A program made the translations under genes and the position numbers. This document shows, piece by piece, positions 48,301 through 58,000 of a stretch of DNA of 64,000 bases. The stretch's first letter is position 1. Each line of letters starts with the position of its first letter. The notes under the pieces were generated by a model. The model ran no database searches. It was not told where the DNA came from and saw only the letters and a program-made list of their open reading frames with translations. Location: positions 124,001-188,000 of IMG/VR virus record IMGVR_UViG_3300030019_000003, one strand, 5' to 3'.

Positions 48301-48331
48301 TATAACACAGGGATATCCCTGTGTTATACTA
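48298..48331. terminator. perfect 34-bp palindrome between convergent genes
   Basis: TAGTATAACACAGGGATATCCCTGTGTTATACTA overlapping both stop codons. Confidence 0.75.
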
Positions 48332-49819
48332 AGATTTTTTACCTTTAGGTTTAGCACCTTGTAATAGAACGTTGTTATTATAGAAATTACACCATATAGA
48401 AATATCACCTGTTGTTCTACAGTCTATAAGGATATAATAGTTCAATAGGTTATCACCTACTTTTTTAATTACCAACATAACCTTTGGTTCAAGATCTTCT
48501 ATTTGTTTAAAATGGTCTCGAGTGATACAATCTTTACCTAAGAACACAGGGAACTTAATAATATTACCATCAAGATCAACATCCATAAGCATGAATGATT
48601 CTTTGTTAGTAATGTTTATAACGTTCTTACCTTTTTCATTTACGGTAAAGATTTTATCCGTTATATCAATATACTCTCTAAGAGGTTTTTCTTTATTTAG
48701 TTTAGAGTATTCGTCAACAATGTCATAGAGCAACACTGTTCTCTCTACAGCACTGTTAGCTAAACCTGGAGGGCGTATTGCTTTAACAACTGTTTCTTCA
48801 TCTCTGAACTTTAAAGCTGTAAAGTAATTATCAAAGTTATACATCTTCTCTTTAAAGAGTTCATGTAAGGTTCTGACATTTCTACTGTATAAAACATCAA
48901 GATCAATCGTTGAAATTAAAGCAGTTGGTCTTAACTTTTGAGTATACCATGAAATAACATCCTCTATTAAAGGTTGTTTGGTTTTTAAAGAAACCAATCC
49001 AAAGATAGCCTCATGTGATGCCCTACCTGGTTCAATATCCTTCTTATACTCCATAACACTATAGATAGCTCTTTCATCTTTTAAAGTAGTTATACCCATA
49101 AAGTATAAGTTACTAAATCTTAAGAAAGGATGCCTGTCTTCTGTACCTGGTGCGTAATACTTTTTAGCAGGACTAATTTTAAAATCAACCTCAGTTATAT
49201 TTTTATAACTGTACATTCTAGCCATAACGGCCATCCTGTCCGCATTGTTATTACCTAAAGATATAGAATGACCTTTAACCTTAACAAGATCTAGTTCTAT
49301 ATCTCTTACTTTGACTTCTCTCACAACTGTCCGCATCAATTCAACATAATCTAAATTCTTTTTAATACGATCTCTCCACGCAACTGCATCATAATTCTTA
49401 ACTGCATTATAAACAGCTATAGCGTACTCGCTGTCTAACTTTATGGTTATTTTTTTAATATCAAGATCTGTTATTTTTAATAACTCCATAAGTGTCAATG
49501 TTACAGCTTGGAGCTCTCCAGTATTATTAGTACCTGTCCCTTCAAAAGAATAACAGGCGTTAATATAGTGTGTTGGTGTAACATCTTGATATGGTTCTCG
49601 TTCTAGTTCATCTTTAAAAACATATCCTATATTTGTAACAGCATAATTAGTAGGTCTATTAGCTGTTTTCTTACCTAAAGATGACAATGGATAAACATAT
49701 CCATGAACACCAGAGCCCCAAAAACCAGGATTGGACGGACCACAACTTCCATCAGTGTAAGCCACGACGGCATATTCCTCAGCACTACTTATGGTTTCAG
49801 TATTTTTAATTTTACTCAT
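48329..49819 (-). CDS. rnhA: ribonuclease HI with C-terminal extension (phiKZ gp155-like)
   Basis: YTDGSC, TNNTGELQA, LDSEY, VKGHS, GNNNADRMA; GAGGA RBS before ATG 49819. Confidence 0.9.
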   Translation of the reverse strand: MSKIKNTETISSAEEYAVVAYTDGSCGPSNPGFWGSGVHGYVYPLSSLGKKTANRPTNYAVTNIGYVFKDELEREPYQDVTPTHYINACYSFEGTGTNNTGELQAVTLTLMELLKITDLDIKKITIKLDSEYAIAVYNAVKNYDAVAWRDRIKKNLDYVELMRTVVREVKVRDIELDLVKVKGHSISLGNNNADRMAVMARMYSYKNITEVDFKISPAKKYYAPGTEDRHPFLRFSNLYFMGITTLKDERAIYSVMEYKKDIEPGRASHEAIFGLVSLKTKQPLIEDVISWYTQKLRPTALISTIDLDVLYSRNVRTLHELFKEKMYNFDNYFTALKFRDEETVVKAIRPPGLANSAVERTVLLYDIVDEYSKLNKEKPLREYIDITDKIFTVNEKGKNVINITNKESFMLMDVDLDGNIIKFPVFLGKDCITRDHFKQIEDLEPKVMLVIKKVGDNLLNYYILIDCRTTGDISIWCNFYNNNVLLQGAKPKGKKS

Positions 49820-49899
49820 CAACATATCCTCTATTTGATTAAATTCTTTATACGAAATTCTTAACAGCTTGTAGCCATTATCTAAAGCTATTTTATTTT

Positions 49900-50691
49900 T
49901 TATAGCATCTCTTTTTTGTATGTTTTTTTAAGTTCTTCAATACCACCCCAACTGTTGTGCTTAAAATGTTGCCGTCCGTCATATTCAATAAGCAAGTTAT
50001 AATCTGGTAAATAAAAATCGTAACTATACCTGAATGGAACTATCTTGTATTGTCTAACAAATCTTATATTTTTAAAAGATAGCAATATATCTAGCTTATC
50101 CTCTCCTTTAGAATTTGTTTTACACCACGGGCAGCCAGCGCCCTGTAAATGCGAACTTGCATTTTGCTCAAAATCACCATGTTCTAAACATGTTATAATG
50201 ATCTTATTGCAATCTCCGGTATAGATTATGTTATCGTAATAATATCTTTCACCGTGTACATTTTTAGCGTCTGCTATAAATTGATCTTTAGTTTTTAATT
50301 TTAACTTACTTACATATTCCTCGCCACATTTTCTACACCCGTGACCGCTCATATGTAACTTCGGGCTTTGCATAAAATAACCGTGCTTGAAACATCTTAT
50401 TTTAACAGGGGTTACTCTATTTATAAAGTCTATTTCGGCATATCCGTATCTATCGCCGTGGGTTATTTTAGCTCTTTCTAGAAAAGATTCTTTCGTGACC
50501 TCTGTTTTCCCACCACACGTAAAACAACCTCTTCCTTGTATATGCGCGTACGCCTTTTGCTCAAAAGCGCCGTGCATGGGACATATGATTATAACTTTAT
50601 CATGTGCCCTAGTGTATATTGTTTTACTGTAGTCATATTTATTATTATGTATAAAATTAGCTCTTTTTATAAATAACTTTGTTCTATCCAA
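49900..50691 (-). CDS. free-standing endonuclease (three Zn-binding C..HG.F.Q...H..G.GC..C repeats plus PD-(D/E)xK Vsr-like domain), frameshifted near C-terminus
   Basis: YDFYLPDYNLLIEYDGRQHF; AAAGGA RBS before TTG 50691; expected tail KRDAIKN...LLRISY lies in another frame. Confidence 0.8.
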   Translation of the reverse strand: MDRTKLFIKRANFIHNNKYDYSKTIYTRAHDKVIIICPMHGAFEQKAYAHIQGRGCFTCGGKTEVTKESFLERAKITHGDRYGYAEIDFINRVTPVKIRCFKHGYFMQSPKLHMSGHGCRKCGEEYVSKLKLKTKDQFIADAKNVHGERYYYDNIIYTGDCNKIIITCLEHGDFEQNASSHLQGAGCPWCKTNSKGEDKLDILLSFKNIRFVRQYKIVPFRYSYDFYLPDYNLLIEYDGRQHFKHNSWGGIEELKKTYKKEML

Positions 50692-50725
50692 GTGAATTCC
50701 TTTCGCGTACACAGCTGTGTGTATG

Positions 50726-50854
50726 TTAAGTATTATCAGTGTGCGACATTAAGAAATAATAAGATTTAAATTTGGGATTTGCTGAACCATCACTGTAGCA
50801 GATTACAGCGTATTCTTCTGGAGCAGTTTCTTCCACTATTTTCTTAGAAGCCAT
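50726..50854 (-). pseudogene. stranded 5' fragment of RNase H
   Basis: Read manually: MASKKIVEETAPEEYAVICYSDGSANP plus 15 unrelated codons; matches EEYAVVAYTDGSCGP of the downstream RNase H; AAGGA RBS. Confidence 0.8.
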
Positions 50855-50893
50855 GATTTTATCCTTAAATCTATTTCTATTAAATACCCCTAA

Positions 50894-50917
50894 TATAAAA
50901 TATTGACAGTTAATTGA
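50894..50917 (+). promoter_or_regulatory. 24-bp intergenic motif, copy 2
   Basis: TATAAAATATTGACAGTTAATTGA. Confidence 0.6.
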
Positions 50918-50938
50918 ATATCACAGTAAAGGCTGGCT

Positions 50939-51448
50939 ATGAATGAAGAAATTGATACACTTGCAGTGCAGGAAGAAAACCCAGTTCCCGAGCCTACTGG
51001 CGAAACTGGAAATTTAAATAATAAAGATAGTGGATTTTTAACCACTAAAGACCAACAAATGTTGGATAAATCAATCGACTTAAGATTCAAAATAGTGGAT
51101 AACTTTTTTAAGGATGGTGACCCTACAGATAACCGAGATATCAGAGTTATAAATGAACTATTGACAGGTGTTGATGCGAGTATCCATAAGAGAGCTGAAT
51201 CACGATTAAAGTACACTTCTGTTAATAATACAGGTAAGCTTGTTGACATCGCTATAGCTACATTAAAAGCTAAGCGTAGTGGTAAAGTAGATGATCTTAT
51301 GCTACTTACAGGTACTGGAACTATTCCTAACATAACAGATGACATTATTGATGTTGAAATTGTTCACGGTGAACTAGAGCTTAATCCTGATCCATTAGAT
51401 ATTGAGGACTTTGTTAATAACGCACAATTACCTAAGGATCTACTATGA
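50939..51448 (+). CDS. conserved phiKZ-like protein (gp156 position)
   Basis: Acidic helical 169 aa; synteny. Confidence 0.6.
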   Translation: MNEEIDTLAVQEENPVPEPTGETGNLNNKDSGFLTTKDQQMLDKSIDLRFKIVDNFFKDGDPTDNRDIRVINELLTGVDASIHKRAESRLKYTSVNNTGKLVDIAIATLKAKRSGKVDDLMLLTGTGTIPNITDDIIDVEIVHGELELNPDPLDIEDFVNNAQLPKDLL

Positions 51449-52257
51449 CCATTAATGGACAGCGTACTATGTACGGTATACATGTTGAGTTAAGCAGGCT
51501 TTTAGGGAAAGAATACACGCCATTAGCAAATACAACTCTAAATGAAAAATTTGATATTATTCCTAATATTGAGTTAGCAGACTCGTTATATCCAACATTA
51601 GGTTATTATGCCATAGGTGTCGGCGGTGATCCTATTATTGTAGGCAACCCTGGGTATACTTATTCTAAACATTCTCCCGTAGATGCAGCTTTGTTTAAGC
51701 ATGTCCCATTTTTAATGCGAACACTTACCAATGATCTTAGTAATGATGAGCGCAGTGCCTACAGATTAAGAGTTATAGAAACTATTAACAATGTAGATTA
51801 TGCTTGTTATTATTTAAAAGCTATACCCTTAATAGAACTAAGGGATTATTTCTATAAAATAGTAACCGTTAATGATGAGACAGTACTTCGTGTTTTTACA
51901 ACAGATACAGATAAATTATTAAACCCTGTCCCTCAAACACGATCAGTAGATACAACAGACATTACAACTTCTAACTATGTTACTAACATAGCTAAACTAA
52001 AATTTGCTTTAACATTAACAGAGATGGAAGATTTAAAAACAGTTTTTAGTTTAAGAGGTATAAGTGAATTAAAAATCACTGAGATAGGATTAGTTATGGG
52101 TATAGATCAAACACAAGCAGACGGACTACCTGAGCTAGCAGTAGCGCAAATATCTCACCATGTAGAAGTATCATTAGATCTTGCAGTACAACTGGCTAAT
52201 GCTGAGAGTATTGTACGTGCTATTGAAATAGGTGGCAGTGAGCCGCTCTTACTATGA
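51445..52257 (+). CDS. virion structural protein (phiKZ gp157-like)
   Basis: NTTLNEKF, YYAIGVGG, DAALFKHVPF, YRLR, YYLK motifs. Confidence 0.75.
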   Translation: MTINGQRTMYGIHVELSRLLGKEYTPLANTTLNEKFDIIPNIELADSLYPTLGYYAIGVGGDPIIVGNPGYTYSKHSPVDAALFKHVPFLMRTLTNDLSNDERSAYRLRVIETINNVDYACYYLKAIPLIELRDYFYKIVTVNDETVLRVFTTDTDKLLNPVPQTRSVDTTDITTSNYVTNIAKLKFALTLTEMEDLKTVFSLRGISELKITEIGLVMGIDQTQADGLPELAVAQISHHVEVSLDLAVQLANAESIVRAIEIGGSEPLLL

Positions 52258-52853
52258 ACACATTTAAGTTACTTGCTATTGATCCTGGTAAGAATATTGG
52301 TGTTACCGTCCTAACGGTACGTGTTGACGAATTTATACCTTTTAATAAAATGAAAGCTCATGATGGCGTGCCTGTAAGTGTTTCTTTTACAATAGTAAAT
52401 ATTGAGACACATTACATAGGATTAGATAATCTCATACCTCGTGATGCAGTAGATAAGCAACTAGCGAGAATAGGTATACTCCAACAGGTTATGGGTAACA
52501 TAATGAGTTATTTTCAACCTGATGTTTTAGCTATTGAAGAAGCTTTCTTAAATGTAAATTATGCTACTGCTGTAATGCAGCTATCACAATACTTATCAGT
52601 TATCTTAAACGCAGCTATCAATGCCAACCCTTATATCAAACTCTTTAGATATTCTCCTAAGAGTATTAAAAGTGGTTTTGGTGCTGGTGGTGGAGCTAAT
52701 AAGGATGACATGTTAACCAGAATTTCAACGATTACAGAATACACTTCTATGGTTGATATTACTAAGTTAACAGAACATGAGATAGACTCTATGGCTATTG
52801 CTCATGTTGCGCTTTCTGAAATACGTAACTATCCATTTTTGTTATACACATGA
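52254..52853 (+). CDS. ruvC: RuvC-like Holliday junction resolvase
   Basis: LAIDPG, AIEEAF, GGANKDDM, HEIDSMAIA catalytic motifs. Confidence 0.85.
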   Translation: MNTFKLLAIDPGKNIGVTVLTVRVDEFIPFNKMKAHDGVPVSVSFTIVNIETHYIGLDNLIPRDAVDKQLARIGILQQVMGNIMSYFQPDVLAIEEAFLNVNYATAVMQLSQYLSVILNAAINANPYIKLFRYSPKSIKSGFGAGGGANKDDMLTRISTITEYTSMVDITKLTEHEIDSMAIAHVALSEIRNYPFLLYT

Positions 52854-52876
52854 CTCTTGTGAGTCATGTGTATAAC
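52841..52876. terminator. inverted repeat terminator
   Basis: 16-bp arms, 4-nt loop, followed by TTTT. Confidence 0.7.
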
Positions 52877-52913
52877 TTTTGGTATTTTGTCTTATTAATG
52901 AAAAGGAGTACAT

Positions 52914-53405
52914 ATGGGTATATATTCCAGTATTAAGAAAGTATTTAAAACCATTGGCTACGCCACTAATATTAAGAAACCTAATTCCTTAATAGAGAAA
53001 CTAGAACGTTTAAAAACTATTGATTTTTACCCCTATTCCGGCATCTACAGAGGGGTTATGATTAACAGTATCTTTGACAACATTATTACCTATACCTATA
53101 AACTAGATATTCTTTCTAGAGCTGATTATACAAAACATCATTATCGAGGGAATATTAATAATGAGATTATGAAAACAATAAATGTTACAGAATGGTTTTG
53201 TAATAGAAATAGCCTATTAAAAGATCCTGTTAGGGATCTACATAAATGGATAGATCTTGCTGCATCTTTTATAGAGCTGCACAGTAAGATGAGGTTGGAA
53301 TCTGATAACGATCTTGAAAGAAAGAATTTTATTATTTTTCAAACATATATCATTAACATAGAGCATATCACAGAGGTTCTATTAAGTATACATGATTCAC
53401 ACTAA
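52914..53405 (+). CDS. conserved phiKZ-like hypothetical protein (163 aa)
   Basis: AAAGGAG RBS; intact ORF. Confidence 0.7.
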   Translation: MGIYSSIKKVFKTIGYATNIKKPNSLIEKLERLKTIDFYPYSGIYRGVMINSIFDNIITYTYKLDILSRADYTKHHYRGNINNEIMKTINVTEWFCNRNSLLKDPVRDLHKWIDLAASFIELHSKMRLESDNDLERKNFIIFQTYIINIEHITEVLLSIHDSH

Positions 53406-53437
53406 GTGCTGAAAGTATTAACCGAGAAGGAGGACGT

Positions 53438-53908
53438 ATGGCGTCTGAATTTATTATAGATAAGGTTCCTGTTAGCAACACTGCTAACGGTGCTTTAAGT
53501 TTGTTGTTCCGTAAGTTCTTAAAGACGGGCAATTTAGTACGAGGTGTACCTTATCTCGTGGAGCGTTATCTTGCAAAGAAACGTAAAGAGAAGTCCTTAT
53601 CAACAGCTGAGAATGTTAAGACAGTGTCAAGTGCAACACTGTATAAAAACATTTTAGCTCCTGAGATGACTTGGAAGACTTTTTTAGATCTTATTATCAA
53701 TTTCTATGGTGCTGATAGAATTGAAGTATCTATAAAAGTATATAACCCATCCTATACGGTTAAACCTATCATAACAACAATACTGATAGATGGTAATGGT
53801 ATTGAGGATGACGAGTTACTAAATGATGGTGAGTTTGAATTGAAGAAGTCAGCTTTACTAGACGCACTAAAAGAAAATAGAGTTAAAGAGGAGAAGACGG
53901 ATGGATGA
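53438..53908 (+). CDS. conserved phiKZ-like hypothetical protein (156 aa)
   Basis: AGGAGG RBS; LSLLFRKFL and MTWKTF motifs. Confidence 0.7.
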   Translation: MASEFIIDKVPVSNTANGALSLLFRKFLKTGNLVRGVPYLVERYLAKKRKEKSLSTAENVKTVSSATLYKNILAPEMTWKTFLDLIINFYGADRIEVSIKVYNPSYTVKPIITTILIDGNGIEDDELLNDGEFELKKSALLDALKENRVKEEKTDG

Positions 53909-54458
53909 GATAACTGTATATGATCGATGTAAAGCAGCCTTTAGAGAACTAGTCTCATTGCATGTTAATGGTGCTGATTTTAGAATTAAGATAAAACTGG
54001 ATGGTGTTGATACCACACAGGGTCATCGTAAGCTATCTGAGTTATCAGAGATATTTGATATTATTAATGAAAAATATACATCAAGTATCCTATCAGTAAC
54101 AAGTCTAGGCAGTATCTCTGGAATAGCAGATATTGATATAAGAACTCTTCTCGATGATCTTATGTGCAGATATGCGTTATTGCTACGTATGCACCATGTT
54201 CGTTTTGAGGATTATCGTGTTCTTGTTAAAGATATAGGTTTTCTCTCTAAGAACACTGTTCTTGAGAAAGCCACATCCTCTAACTATGTTATAGCCAATG
54301 AGGCTAATGTTGTAAATGCTTTAGATGCCACGCAAGCAGCAAACTTACAGTACTATTGTTTAATTCTATTATTCAGCCTCTTTATAAATTACGGTAAAAA
54401 TGTCATTAATGAAATCACTAACACCGAAGGGATCACGAATGAAAAACAACAAAAATGA
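53901..54458 (+). CDS. hypothetical protein (185 aa)
   Basis: GAGGAG RBS; overlaps neighbours. Confidence 0.7.
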   Translation: MDEITVYDRCKAAFRELVSLHVNGADFRIKIKLDGVDTTQGHRKLSELSEIFDIINEKYTSSILSVTSLGSISGIADIDIRTLLDDLMCRYALLLRMHHVRFEDYRVLVKDIGFLSKNTVLEKATSSNYVIANEANVVNALDATQAANLQYYCLILLFSLFINYGKNVINEITNTEGITNEKQQK

Positions 54459-55038
54459 TATGCTACAACCTGTTATGGTTAAAACAGAAGCGCATATTAA
54501 TATCAATAGCCGATCAACTACTGACTTAGGTAAACGTTTATGTTACAGCTATCCTTTTGCTATAAAAACGATTTGTGGTCCTGCTGGCAGTATTCGTAAC
54601 TTTATAGACTTTCTTTGTAAAGAAGGTTATCCGGCTGAACTTTTACCTAAAACCAGAATGACTAAAGATGATATTCTTCGTGTTCCTAAACTTCCTAAAC
54701 GTGTTAATAATTATCTCGCTATCTTAGCTTATATACTTACACAACGTATACTACAGGATAAACGATTGCAAGTAAGTATGAAATCCAATACACTACCTTA
54801 TACGAGTTATCGTGAAACTCGTAAAGAGACTTTGTTCAACTCTGTTATTGAACTTAGTATTCCAGATGTGAAGATGTGGAAGTATGTGTTTGTTGTTAAT
54901 AAGATCGATGAACTTGTTAAAGCAGATAACTTTAACAAAGCTACTGCTAACGCTCTTGTAGAGAGCTGCATGAAAGACCCTACGTCTAAACTCTTTAAAG
55001 GTACCAATATAGAGAACCTCGTTAACGATGAGAAATAA
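54439..55038 (+). CDS. phage protein of the HINI..T.LG family, possibly NADAR-like
   Basis: HININSRSTTDLGKRL and NTLPY; likely start ATG 54439; paralog of 760..1308. Confidence 0.55.
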   Translation: MKNNKNDMLQPVMVKTEAHININSRSTTDLGKRLCYSYPFAIKTICGPAGSIRNFIDFLCKEGYPAELLPKTRMTKDDILRVPKLPKRVNNYLAILAYILTQRILQDKRLQVSMKSNTLPYTSYRETRKETLFNSVIELSIPDVKMWKYVFVVNKIDELVKADNFNKATANALVESCMKDPTSKLFKGTNIENLVNDEK

Positions 55039-55039
55039 G

Positions 55040-55071
55040 CTACAGAGACTGGGATATCCCAGTCTCTGTAG
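55040..55071. terminator. perfect 32-bp palindrome between convergent genes
   Basis: CTACAGAGACTGGGATATCCCAGTCTCTGTAG. Confidence 0.75.
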
Positions 55072-55072
55072 T

Positions 55073-58000
55073 CTACCACGTTGTTTTTCTTTTTAAATTC
55101 ACAGCAGGTGTTCCCATATCTGTAGACATCGGTTGCTTGCTAGTATTATTAACCGGAGTATTTCCAGTCTCAGAAGTATTACCATTGTCGCTATTCATAG
55201 ACAATGTTTTATTTAATAAAGAAGCATTACTTGCAACTAACTGTTCTAGTAAATTAACCATCTTAGTTTGTGTATCTAACGATCTTGTTAATGTTCCACT
55301 AATCGTTTTAAGATTACTGTTACTATCTCCTGCTATTTCTAATTTAGCCACATCTGATTTAGCATTAAATGTCGTATCAGGTGTTTGCGTTTTATTAACA
55401 GCATCTGCTATTCCTGCTGTAGGTGAACTTGGATTAACCGTAGGAACATCTGTTATAGGAGCACTTGTATTGCCAGCAGGTTTACCAGCACCTGCGTCAC
55501 TAGGAACAGGCGGTGTACTAGAAGTAGGAGCAGTATCAGTATTATTCGTACTACTTCCTGCGTCGCTTGGTGTAGGAGTGGTTGGTCCAACTGGAGTATT
55601 GCCATTAACATCACTCGTTGTACTATTAGTATCACTTGTATTGTTAGCAGGTTGTGCACCTGGACTAAATCCATATTCAGAAGCACGCGATACTAATCTA
55701 CTCTCTAGTTCAGTATAGATCTCACTAATCGATCTGGCTCGGCCTTTACCTTTATTAGTGTAAAATATGCTATCATTGGCTTTTGCTTCTTTAGGCATCA
55801 TATCTGCGCCAATAGCATCAGGAGGGGCTTTTAAGAATTTAGTTGCTCCACCCGCTCCTAAAAAGTGTGCCAAGTATAAATCGGTAACATTAGGATTAGG
55901 CTTAACCTTCTCTATGACCTTAGCATTTTCTTTAAGGAACTCTGCTCCCATTGTAGCATTTGCTTCTGCATTAAAAGGTGAGGTTGATTTATCAATTCCA
56001 TACTTGCTACCGTATTTCTGTAACATAGTAGCCCAGGTACTATTTAAAAATTGAAATAGTCCTGATGCCGAAGAGGTTCCAGCTTTATCATTAGGATTTA
56101 ATCCCGACTCTATAGCAGCAAAAGTTTTTAATATGTTGGCATTAACACCTGTTTTTAAAGCTACCCCGTCTAACATTTCTAGAATCTTAGACTTGTCACC
56201 TTTAACAGCATTATTATTGAAACTACCTGTACTAAAAAAGTTACCAACCCCAGATTTAACAGAATCATAAGCCGAGCTAGCTTTATCAGCTATATTACTA
56301 GCGGTTTCTTTAACACTTGTTTTGGCAGAATCGTAAGCAGCCCCGGCTTTACTTTTAAAGCTAGTCATATAGTCCTTAACTTTATCATAATAGGATTGCT
56401 TATCTTTTTCTTTCTTATCCTTCTCACTTTGAGGGCTGCTAACATTATCTTTACCATTACCACCGTTAGCACCTGATGGATCTTTATACTTAACGTCTAG
56501 ATCTTCATCTGGTTTTATAGGATTGCCATTTTCGTCTAAGATAGGATCACTAGGGTCATCTATATTAAAACCAAAATAATGTTCTGTAATAGCACCTGAT
56601 AATGTTAAGTTGTCTGAAGCCATTAGTTTTGTTATAGAAAAGATGTCATAGGCTATCATAGCTTGACCTAAGAATGGTACCATTCTAGCTGTAATCTTAG
56701 CAGTCATAACGGCTGCTAGTCTACCGCCAGCAATGGTTCCTAACTTCTTAATGATTTTACCTTTTATAGATTCCATCATTGTTAATAACTTTGTAGGTTT
56801 CAGTTTTGCTAATAACCCGCCAGCCTCAGCTCCTGCTTCTCCTACTTTCAATGCAGCACCACCGGCTTCGGCTACTTTAACACCGGTGCTACCCGCTTTA
56901 CTCATAACCTCACCTGCGCCAGTTACACCTTTATAAGCACCATAAGCCCCCATGACACCACCAGCAACAGCAGTACCTGCTTTACCAGCAAAACCTAATA
57001 CACTTCCAGCACCTTTAAGTAGCCCTGGTAAGAATTTACCAAATAGTGCAGGGAGTAACTTAATAACACCCCATATACTCGCACCTATCGTAAATATTTT
57101 ACCCATAGCTCCTGTTAATAAAGGAAGAGCCATTTTTAATAAGTCAAATATACCCGAGCTATCTTTAGTAAGACCTGCTGTCTTAATAGCCGTATCTGAA
57201 GCTTTAGGTTTCTTACCAAATATTCCTAGCCTATCTCTCCAGTCTCCATCGCGCTTACCACTACCGTCTCTATCAAAGGGATTTTTGGTATCTTTATTCT
57301 TATCTTTAGTCGGCTTTTTAACTTTAGGTTCCTCTTCAGTATCATCAGGGGCATTACCTCCAAAACCTAACATAAGACTAAGAATACTTCCAATACCACC
57401 AACAGTACCTTTGGCTGCCTTGTATCCAAATTTACCTAACTTGCCAATACCTCTTAAAACAGCAGGTACCTTTCCAACAGCTTTAGGGACATTTCCTATT
57501 ATCTTTTTATCAAGCCCTCTAAGTTGTTTCATTTTATCGGACATAAGAATATTGCCAATACCCTTAGCACCTTTCCAACCATACTTAGCAGCAAAGTAAG
57601 GAATCTTAAAGGCTGTCTTAATACCTGTTTTAGCTAACCCGGCAGCACCATGGAATAATTTACTATCCAGACCACGAGCACTACTAAACGCATTCTTAAT
57701 ATTGGTTTTAGCTTGTCTTTTTCTAAAGGCCATAAAGTCTTTCTTAATATCAAAGCCTGTGTTTTCTGCCCAGGTTTTAAAATCTTTAATATACCCCGCT
57801 TGATACTCAGGACTTTTAAAGAACTCTTCTTTAAGCTGATCAACTTCTTCAGGTTTAGTAACCTTAACCTTTTTAAATTTATCTTTAGCTGCTTTAAGTA
57901 TCGGTTCTTCTTTCTTAACTTCTTCAGACTGTTCTTTTATAACGGTCTTAGTAAATTCATTCATATCGATATCTTGACTAATACCTTGAGCTTCCATCCA

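Noticed and set aside
49826-50773. Insert in RNase H as a group I intron or intein
   Set aside because: No P/Q/R/S core or intein termini; the RNase H 5' segment is duplicated, which splicing would not require
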